A stretch of DNA of 64,000 nucleotides from an uncultured Bacteroidales bacterium (GTDB lineage: Bacteria; Bacteroidota; Bacteroidia; Bacteroidales; JAAYJT01). Below are positions 52,643 to 59,768 of the stretch, piece by piece. The notes beneath the pieces were generated by a model, which saw only the letters and a list, made by a program, of their open reading frames with translations, searched no databases and had not been told where the DNA came from. Positions within the stretch are counted from its first letter, which is position 1, and every line of letters starts with the position of its first letter. The position numbers and the translations under genes are program-made. Location: positions 5,508 to 69,507 of the forward strand of contig CAZJZG010000013.1 of NCBI GenBank assembly GCA_964550455.1. Reading direction: 5' to 3'.

Positions 52643-53770
52643 ATGGCAACAAAGGTTACACTAAGACAAAAAACTATTTCAGGGAATAGGCAAAGCTTAT
52701 ACCTTGACTTTTACCCTGCAATATTGCACCCAGAAACAGGGAAACCAACAAGAAGGGAATTCTTAGGGCTGTACATATTTGACAAACCTAAAAACCCATT
52801 TGATAAGGAGAGCAACAAAGAAACTTTACTATTAGCTAAAAACATACGGGCAAAACGACAAATTGAAATTCAGGCAGAAAATTACGGCTTCCTAAGTTCA
52901 AAGCTAAAAGCAGAAACAGACTTTGTGCAGTTTTTCAAACAATTAGTTGATACTAAGACAGGAAGCAATAAAAAAGTATGGCAAACGGCACTTAATTACT
53001 TCGATATGTTCACAGGGGGCAAATTACCGGTTGCAAAGCTAAATGAAAGCTTATGTAATGAATTCAGGGAATACCTATTGACAGCAAAACGGCAAAGGGG
53101 TACTCAAAGCATGAGCATTACACAAAATTCAGCTCGTACATATTATAATATATTCAAGGCAGCATTGAAGCAAGCATTTAAAAAAGGGCTTATTGATATT
53201 GATCTAAGTACACGAATAGACGGTATAAGCGGGCAAGAAACACAGCGGGAATACTTAACATTAGAACAATTACAAACCCTTGCAAATACACCGTGTTCAA
53301 TACCATTGCTTAAAAGTGCAGCGTTGTTTGCAGCCCTTACCGGATTACGTTTTTCTGATATTTCAAAACTTGTCTGGGGTGAAGTACATTACAGCGAATC
53401 AGAAGGGTATTACCTGCAATTCAGACAAAAGAAAACCAAAGGCGTTGAAGTATTACCAATTTCAGAACAAGCGCTTGAGCTTTTGGGTACACCTGGTGAA
53501 CCTGGCAAGAATGTATTTGAAGGGTTGAAATATTCAGCGTATTTGAATGTTCATTTAAAGCAGTGGGTTTTAAAAGCAGGGATAATAAAGGATATTACAT
53601 TTCATTCATTCCGGCATACATTTGCGACCTTGCAGCTTTCAATGGGAACAGATATTTACACTGTTTCAAAAATGTTGGGACACCGTGAATTGAAAACCAC
53701 ACAGGTTTATGCTAAGATAATAGATGAAAGCAAGCGTAAAGCAGCTAACAGAATCAAATTAGATATGTAA
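52643..53770 (+). CDS. Tyrosine-type site-specific integrase
   Basis: 375 aa. N-terminal arm-binding/SAM-like region. C-terminal catalytic pattern ALTGLRFSDI ... HSFRHTFATLQLSMG ... LGHRELKTTQVYAKI (R..HxxR..Y). Confidence 0.9.
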   Translation: MATKVTLRQKTISGNRQSLYLDFYPAILHPETGKPTRREFLGLYIFDKPKNPFDKESNKETLLLAKNIRAKRQIEIQAENYGFLSSKLKAETDFVQFFKQLVDTKTGSNKKVWQTALNYFDMFTGGKLPVAKLNESLCNEFREYLLTAKRQRGTQSMSITQNSARTYYNIFKAALKQAFKKGLIDIDLSTRIDGISGQETQREYLTLEQLQTLANTPCSIPLLKSAALFAALTGLRFSDISKLVWGEVHYSESEGYYLQFRQKKTKGVEVLPISEQALELLGTPGEPGKNVFEGLKYSAYLNVHLKQWVLKAGIIKDITFHSFRHTFATLQLSMGTDIYTVSKMLGHRELKTTQVYAKIIDESKRKAANRIKLDM

Positions 53771-53975
53771 ACAGCAAAAAGATATAAACAGTATAATAAT
53801 TTAAGTATCAGCAAATTACACGTGTTTTCTTTAATATTTTTAATAACTAATTTAGCAATGTAATTTACAATATTGTATATTTGTATTAATTCTTTTTGTT
53901 ATTAATCCCTTAGCTATTCTATGAAAACGACACTACAATAATTAATTGTATTATTAATGTTTAATTCATAGAACA

Positions 53976-54311
53976 ATGGCGGAATTTTTAAAATTTGATG
54001 AATTACCAAAGGCGGTAAGTTTATTAGCAAAAGAAGTAAGCGAACTGAAAAGCCTGTTAATTGAAAAACAGGAACTACCCACCACCGAAAAACCTGAACA
54101 ATTCTTAACAATCCAGGAGGCTTCAGAATTATTAAAACTGACAGTACCAACAATTTATGTAAAGGTACACAAAAGACAATTGCCCGTAATGAAGCGGGGC
54201 AAAAGGCTGTACTTTTCACGCACTGAACTAATGGAATACATAAAAGCAGGGCGAAAAAAGACAAATGCTGAAATTGAACAGGAAGCAGAAGCGTATTTGC
54301 TGAATAAATAA
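53976..54311 (+). CDS. Excisionase-like / MerR-superfamily HTH DNA-binding protein
   Basis: FLTIQEASELLKLTVPTIYVKVHKRQLPVMKRGKRLYFSRTELMEYI is a typical HTH_17 excisionase-type motif; 111 aa. Confidence 0.75.
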   Translation: MAEFLKFDELPKAVSLLAKEVSELKSLLIEKQELPTTEKPEQFLTIQEASELLKLTVPTIYVKVHKRQLPVMKRGKRLYFSRTELMEYIKAGRKKTNAEIEQEAEAYLLNK

Positions 54312-54325
54312 GAAAGGGGGCAATA

Positions 54326-54640
54326 ATGAATAGATCATTACAAACCCCCAGAGTACTTTTGTGCAAAAGACGGGGTAAAGATAAGAATTATTTTACACAA
54401 TACAACAGGGTATTTACAGCGCTTTACAAGCAGCCTAAAACTATGCTAATGGTTTCTATTGAAACTGGTATTTTAAGGGCTAATATTTGCCGGTACATTG
54501 CCAAAATGCAAGAAAAGGAAAGTGTAGTTGTTGTTCGCAAGGGTATTTGTGCAGTTTCAAAACACCGTGCAGGATTCTATACTACCAATTTTGTTGAACA
54601 TTCAAATATTGATAGCTATGGAATTGAAACCAGTATTTAA
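54326..54640 (+). CDS. Hypothetical small protein, possible winged-helix DNA binder
   Basis: 104-aa ORF between xis-like and DUF3987 genes. MLMVSIETGILRANICRYIAKM resembles an HTH. Weak call. Confidence 0.45.
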   Translation: MNRSLQTPRVLLCKRRGKDKNYFTQYNRVFTALYKQPKTMLMVSIETGILRANICRYIAKMQEKESVVVVRKGICAVSKHRAGFYTTNFVEHSNIDSYGIETSI

Positions 54641-56012
54641 TGACCTTGACAATCCGGAAGTTATTCTAAATCATATTGAACAATTAAAAGTTAGGGCGGA
54701 AGCAAATCAAAATCCCTTTCCGGTTGAAGTGTTCCCAGAAGCTATACAGGAAATAATAATTTCAACAAATGAAAGCTTGAAATTTCCAATTGACTTTATG
54801 GGGGCTTCAATACTTTATGCTGTTTCTGTTTCAATAGGAAATACACACCGTATTGAAGTAATGAAAGGTTGGCAAGAAACACCCGTTTTATACCTGGCTA
54901 TTGTTGGGCGTGCAGGAACAAATAAAACACACCCTTTAACCTTTGCTTTAAAGCCAATTGAACAAAGGGACAATAAAAAACATCAGGAATACCTGATTAA
55001 AAAACAAGAATATGATTCTATTGTAACACTTTCTAAGAAAGAAAGGGAACAACAAGGATATGATGAACCTATAAGACCAAGTTGGGAACAAATACTGGTA
55101 ACTGACTTTACACCTGAAGCGCTTGTAGATGTACACAAATTCAATTTAAGGGGTATTGGCGTTTATAATGATGAACTGGCAAGTTGGTATAAAAACTTCA
55201 ATCGGTATAACAAGGGAAGCGAAGAACAATTTTGGTTAAGTGCCTGGAGTGGTAAACCGATAAGGGTAAACCGAAAAACAAGCGAACCGAATTACATACC
55301 ATTTCCGTTTATTTCAGTTATAGGGACAATTCAACCAGGTATTTTAAATGAATTAGCTGATAACAGAACTGAAAACGGATTTATAGACAGATTGCTGTTT
55401 GTTATACCTGATAACCTAAAAAAAGAATACTGGAGTGAAACAGAATTAAACCCTTTAATAACTGAAAGTTGGGAAAATATTATTTCAAACCTTTTAAATA
55501 TACCATTAGAAAGGGATATAGATAATAACAGCTCTAAACCAGTAGTATTGAAGTTTAAACCCGAAGCAAGACAACTTTTAACTGAATGGCAAAGGGAATT
55601 AACAGACCTTAGTAATAAGCCCGAAAATGAAGCGATTAGCGGTATTTATGCTAAAGTTGAAATGTATGCCGTTCGGTTTGCTTTAATACTTCAAATGTTA
55701 CGGTATGCCTGCAATATAGATAATAAAAACGCAATTGGTATTGAAGCTGTACAAGGGGCGTTAAAGTTGGTTGAATATTTCACAAAAACAGCTATTAAGG
55801 TTTTTAATATTGTAACAGATGCAAACCCACTTGACAAATTACCACTTGATAAACAAACTTTTTATTTGAGTTTACCAGATACCTTTACAACAAATGAAGG
55901 TTTGCAAATTGCTTTAAATATGGGAATACCTGAACGAACTTACAAACGGTTTTTGAATAGAAAAGATTTATTCAAATGGACAAAACAAGGTGAATATGAA
56001 AGGTTATACTGA
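54618..56012 (+). CDS. DUF3987-like (YfjI-type) P-loop protein, putative replication initiator/helicase
   Basis: ATG at 54618 (MELKPVFNDL..). LAIVGRAGTNKTHPL is P-loop-like. Also FWLSAWSGKPIRVNRKTS and GFIDRLLFV. Family assignment is from memory of the pattern. Confidence 0.65.
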   Translation: MELKPVFNDLDNPEVILNHIEQLKVRAEANQNPFPVEVFPEAIQEIIISTNESLKFPIDFMGASILYAVSVSIGNTHRIEVMKGWQETPVLYLAIVGRAGTNKTHPLTFALKPIEQRDNKKHQEYLIKKQEYDSIVTLSKKEREQQGYDEPIRPSWEQILVTDFTPEALVDVHKFNLRGIGVYNDELASWYKNFNRYNKGSEEQFWLSAWSGKPIRVNRKTSEPNYIPFPFISVIGTIQPGILNELADNRTENGFIDRLLFVIPDNLKKEYWSETELNPLITESWENIISNLLNIPLERDIDNNSSKPVVLKFKPEARQLLTEWQRELTDLSNKPENEAISGIYAKVEMYAVRFALILQMLRYACNIDNKNAIGIEAVQGALKLVEYFTKTAIKVFNIVTDANPLDKLPLDKQTFYLSLPDTFTTNEGLQIALNMGIPERTYKRFLNRKDLFKWTKQGEYERLY

Positions 56013-56020
56013 TAACACAC

Positions 56021-56212
56021 TGGCACAACTGGCACAACTGGCATTTAGCGCTGTAATGTATTGCATTTCAGGACTTTATTTTCTTTATACAAGTGGCACT
56101 TTGTTGGCACAACTGGCATTTTCAAAAAAAGTTTGTGCCACTTGTGCCAAGTTTGTGCCACTAAAAAACAAGCTGAAACCCTTACTAATTGCGGATTGTG
56201 CCACTAATGCCA
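56021..56212. repeat. Iteron array: 6 forward TGGCA(C) and 5 reverse TGCCA repeats at 9-11 bp phasing around an A-rich spacer (putative replication origin)
   Basis: Forward copies start at 56021, 56030, 56039, 56094, 56105 and 56114. The A-rich ttttcaaaaaaag lies at about 56118-56131. Reverse copies start at 56136, 56145, 56156, 56199 and 56208. Consensus is roughly AC/GT-TGGCACAA. Confidence 0.7.
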
Positions 56213-56269
56213 CTAATGCAATGATGTTTTAATTTAAAACGATTAGTTAAACCGTTTATACTTTGAAAT

Positions 56270-57622
56270 ATGAATACAGTGTACCAATACACATTAGAAA
56301 AGGGAAGCGTAAAGCATTATTGCCCTAACTGTAAAGCAAAAACATTTGTAAAGTACATTGATACAAACACGGGCGAATATTTACCGGAGCAGTACGGACG
56401 TTGCGACCGTGAAAACAAATGTTCTTATTATTTGAATCCGTATTCAGATGGTTACGCAAAAACGAATATTGAACAACAAAAGCAATTTCATATTATTAAG
56501 AAACCAGGATCACAACCTGAACCAGTATTCTTTGACTTTGATACATTCAAACAAACATTACAGACTGAACGATATAAAGAAAATACCTTTATTCAGAACC
56601 TATTTTACAACGTTGCATTTCCTTTTAAAGTTGATGACATTACAAAGGTTGTACAGTTGTACCGGCTGGGCACGGTTGCAAAAGGCTATTGGAAGGGGGC
56701 AATAACATTTCCATTCATTGATATTGAAAATAATGTTAGGGCTATACAGGTAAAGCAATTTGATGAAAAAAACCATACACTAAACACTAACTTTTTACAT
56801 TCAATAATTGAAAAACACCATACCAGGAACAATAAGCCTTTACCTGAATGGCTCAAAAAGTACATTGATCAGGATAAAAAAATTACATGCTTGTTTGGTG
56901 AGCACCTTTTGAATAAGTACCCCAGTAACCCCGTTGCATTAGTAGAAGCACCTAAAACAGCCGTTTACGGTACGTTGTATTTCGGCTTACCTGAGACCCC
57001 TGAAAACCTTATTTGGTTGGCAGTGTACAATAAAAGCAGCTTTTCATTTGATAAATTGAAGGTATTGCAGGGGCGTTTTGTTATTGTATTTCCTGACCTT
57101 TCAAAAGACGGTAACACCTTTAAAGAATGGGAAACCAAAGCCAAAGAATATGAAAGACGTTTACCTGGAACAAGGTTTGAAATTTTGGACTTATTGGAAC
57201 AGAAAGCACCCGACCAGGATAAAACAGAAGGAAAGGATATTGCAGATTATTTGATAAAATATGACTGGAAGCAATTCAGGGAACGGCAACAAGACCCACA
57301 GCCCGAACCTAAAAAAGTTACTGAAGTTACCCACAAAACAAAACATTTTAATTCACACACTGAACCATTACCGAAAGTTGAACAAATTGTGCCACCAAAG
57401 AAAATAGAAAACTGGAACAATACTATTTCAGAACTTGAAAATTGTTTTTCAAATATTGAAATACCTAAACAACCGGTAAAGCTGAACCATTGCACCACAA
57501 TAATAAATTGTTCAACGTTTATTGAAAAGCACCTTGCATTTATTAAAGCCAATAATGGCAACAAAACATTTTTTCCTTACCTTAGTAGATTGCAGAAATT
57601 AAAAAACATATTAGAAGTATGA
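56270..57622 (+). CDS. Zn-ribbon primase-like protein (tentative Toprim-like core)
   Basis: N-terminal CPNC...CDRENKC four-Cys ribbon. PVALVEAPKTAVYG and VIVFPDLSKDG resemble the Toprim acidic motifs, but DxD is not canonical. 450 aa. Confidence 0.55.
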   Translation: MNTVYQYTLEKGSVKHYCPNCKAKTFVKYIDTNTGEYLPEQYGRCDRENKCSYYLNPYSDGYAKTNIEQQKQFHIIKKPGSQPEPVFFDFDTFKQTLQTERYKENTFIQNLFYNVAFPFKVDDITKVVQLYRLGTVAKGYWKGAITFPFIDIENNVRAIQVKQFDEKNHTLNTNFLHSIIEKHHTRNNKPLPEWLKKYIDQDKKITCLFGEHLLNKYPSNPVALVEAPKTAVYGTLYFGLPETPENLIWLAVYNKSSFSFDKLKVLQGRFVIVFPDLSKDGNTFKEWETKAKEYERRLPGTRFEILDLLEQKAPDQDKTEGKDIADYLIKYDWKQFRERQQDPQPEPKKVTEVTHKTKHFNSHTEPLPKVEQIVPPKKIENWNNTISELENCFSNIEIPKQPVKLNHCTTIINCSTFIEKHLAFIKANNGNKTFFPYLSRLQKLKNILEV

Positions 57623-57948
57623 AAGACAGGAAAAAAACAATCAACGAATTAGCAGAAAGAATAAAAGCTAAAGAAAATCCTGGTTATCTTAGAATCTGGT
57701 CGTTCAAAGATGGCAAACCGTATCTGGAGGAGGAAAGTTTATATTCTGATGAATTATTTAAAATAAATATTTTAGAATCAGGTAGAGGAAATTTGCCTAT
57801 TGTGGGAGAATCTGACCACAATACAATGACTTCGGAGACAAAAGAATATAAAATACCCAACTGGAAAGCGTTCGACCTGGAAGCAATAGCAAACGAACCA
57901 GAGACCAGGCAGCGATTAACTAACCTGAAAATAACCTCAGAGCTATGA
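57619..57948 (+). CDS. Hypothetical protein (109 aa), translationally coupled
   Basis: ATGA overlaps with the neighbours on both sides. No motif recognised. Confidence 0.6.
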   Translation: MKDRKKTINELAERIKAKENPGYLRIWSFKDGKPYLEEESLYSDELFKINILESGRGNLPIVGESDHNTMTSETKEYKIPNWKAFDLEAIANEPETRQRLTNLKITSEL

Positions 57949-58256
57949 ATGATTATTTAAACAACAAGGGTAAATTTAAGCCTGGCAATCCTGGCGGGGG
58001 GAGACCGAAGGGAAGCAAGAACAAATCAAGCGAAAACATCAGGGGTTTTTTTAGTGATTTTCTCGAAAAGCATATTTCAGAACTGAACGAGGCTTTCAAT
58101 GAATTAGAAGCAAGGGAGAAATTCAAGGTTTTACTGGATATGGCAAAATACGTTATACCTGTACTAAGATCACAGGATAATATTATTTATGATCTATCTG
58201 ACGACCTGTTTAATGAAGTTGTTGAGCAAATCAAGAAAGAATATCAACTGGATTAA
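57945..58256 (+). CDS. Small protein with a DUF5681-like N-terminal motif (phage-associated)
   Basis: KGKFKPGNPGGGRPKGSKNK resembles the G-N-P-x-G-R-P-K-G signature I associate with DUF5681 / small-terminase-like phage proteins. The rest is helical and acidic. Confidence 0.5.
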   Translation: MNDYLNNKGKFKPGNPGGGRPKGSKNKSSENIRGFFSDFLEKHISELNEAFNELEAREKFKVLLDMAKYVIPVLRSQDNIIYDLSDDLFNEVVEQIKKEYQLD

Positions 58257-58447
58257 AACATGAGCTTGAACTCCTCAAGCTCATCAATGAAAGATATAGG
58301 CATTACCTATGATGAGAGCGCAATGGCTTGATGAATACTTTCCGCAAAGTGTAAAAAGTACAGATAGAAAAAACATGAGCTCGAACTCCTCGAGCTCATG
58401 TATGAAAGATATAGGTATTACTTTTGATGAGAGCGCAAATGCTCGAC
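58257..58447 (+). repeat. Two ~75-bp imperfect direct repeats (period 115 bp), each starting with a 10-11 bp stem / ACTCC-loop hairpin
   Basis: Copy A at 58257-58331: atgagcttga-actcc-tcaagctcat. Copy B at 58372-58447: atgagctcga-actcc-tcgagctcat. Both are followed by atgaaagatatagg.attac.t.tgatgagagcgcaa. Confidence 0.75.
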
Positions 58448-58645
58448 TTATAAACCGAACAGTAACAGAGCAACCTGAAGTTGTTAAAGAAGTTATATCT
58501 TTGCAATTAATACGGCTGTTTTTAATGAAATGAAATAAGCACCCAGAAAGCAGTTTTTAAGTAGTATTTGGGCACTATTTGTACCTCGAGCATAAATAAT
58601 TAACTATAATGTACTGATAATAAAACACTTAACCAAAAATATTAA

Positions 58646-58665
58646 TTTATATATACAAAACTAAT
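58646..58665 (+). repeat. attR core (direct repeat copy 2), 13 bp upstream of the prfB ATG
   Basis: Perfect 20-bp match to 52422-52441. Confidence 0.75.
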
Positions 58666-58678
58666 TGTCTGATAAATC

Positions 58679-59768
58679 ATGTCAACATCAGAAATGGTCA
58701 AAGAACTGAAACAGAGGCTTGATGCCTTAAGGAGGTTTCTTTGACATAGATAAGAAGAAGCAACTTATTTCGGAAGAGGAAGAATTAACACATGCTCCAG
58801 AGTTCTGGAGCAATACCAAAAAAGCTGAGGCTGTTTTAAAATCCATTAAAGAAAAGAAAGATTGGGTAAAAGCTTTTGATAAAGCACAAACTGCCTATGA
58901 TGATCTGGCTGTATTGTGGGAATTTTATCACCTCGAGGAAGCAACAGAAGAGGAGGTTGAGAAACAGTATAAAACCTCTTTGAACCTCATTGAAGACCTT
59001 GAATTCAGAAATATGCTCAGCGGCGAAGAAGATAAGCTGGGAGCAATAATACAGATAACTTCAGGCGCAGGAGGAACTGAAAGTCAGGATTGGGCTGAAA
59101 TGTTGCTGCGCATGTACATGCGCTGGGGCGAACGTAATGGTTATCAAACCACTGTTCTCAATCTTCAGGAAGGAGATACTGCCGGTATAAAAACTGCTTC
59201 AATTGAATTTGACGGTAATTATGCTTTCGGTTATATGAAAGGTGAGAACGGAGTTCATCGCCTGGTCAGATTATCGCCCTTTGATGCTGCCAACAAACGC
59301 CATACTTCATTTGTTTCGGTATATGCATACCCTGTGATTGACGATAATATTGTTATAGAAATTAATCCTGCTGATATTTCATGGGATACTTTTCGCTCCA
59401 GTGGTCCGGGCGGACAAAATGTAAATAAAGTAGAAACTGCTGTTCGTCTTCGCCACGCTCCTACCGGGATTATAATAGAGTGTCAGGAAACACGGTCACA
59501 ACAGCAAAACCGCGAAAAAGCACTACGAATGCTTAAATCACAACTATATGAAATTGAGCTTAGAAAGAAGCAGGAAGAGCAGGCAAAAATTGAAAGCAGT
59601 AAAAAACTTATTGAATGGGGTTCGCAAATAAGAAATTATGTAATGCACCCGTATAAATTGGTTAAAGACCTGCGAACAGGTTATGAAACATCAAATGTTC
59701 AAGCTGTTATGGATGGAGAGATTGATGATTTTATCAAACGGTATCTGATGGAATTTGGTCGCTCTTAA
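58679..59768 (+). CDS. prfB: Peptide chain release factor 2, with programmed +1 ribosomal frameshift: join(58679..58741,58743..59768)
   Basis: Frame 0 gives [21 protein letters not shown] then TGA. The +1 frame continues [15 protein letters not shown]...SPF...GGQ... to 59768. The track lists only 58914..59768. Confidence 0.93.
58730..58745 (+). promoter_or_regulatory. RF2 autoregulatory +1 frameshift site (internal SD-like AGGAGG, slippery CTT, in-frame TGA followed by C)
   Basis: aggagg ttt CTT TGA C: AGGAGG at 58730-58735, CTT at 58739-58741, TGA at 58742-58744. Confidence 0.9.

Larger units (their letters stand above)
52422..58665 (+). mobile_element. Integrated ~6.2-kb genomic island (integrase, excisionase, replication module, iteron origin) flanked by a 20-bp direct repeat
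   Basis: TTTATATATACAAAACTAAT occurs at 52422-52441 and 58646-58665, with CTGA(A)TAAA-like similarity continuing after both copies. The integrase gene is ~200 bp inside the left repeat. All eight element ORFs are co-oriented. Flanks are housekeeping genes (recX, prfB). Confidence 0.8.

Noticed and set aside
53914-54366. 150-aa minus-strand ORF within the island
   Set aside because: It is antisense to the excisionase-like HTH gene, which has a strong family motif. Its product is a Leu/Phe/Val-rich shadow frame.
56021-56120. TGGCAC repeats as sigma-54 (-24/-12) promoters, given the two bEBP-family genes in the window
   Set aside because: No TTGC/GC element lies at the required spacing: the GG to GC distance is 8 nt, not 10. 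The motif also occurs 11 times in both orientations, which fits iterons rather than promoters.
55990-56232. 80-aa ORF (MNMKGYTDNTLAQLAQLAFS...)
   Set aside because: Its sequence (LAQLA repeats, CATCAKF, ATNATNA) is just the translation of the TGGCAC iterons in both orientations. I treat the region as a non-coding origin.
58309-58533. 74-aa ORF spanning the second hairpin repeat, possibly a real 52-aa peptide from the ATG at 58375
   Set aside because: Not called as CDS. Its N-terminus is encoded by the palindrome, whose two arms co-vary between copies, which indicates a structural constraint. The first repeat copy carries a frame-disrupting indel. I cannot fully exclude a small protein.
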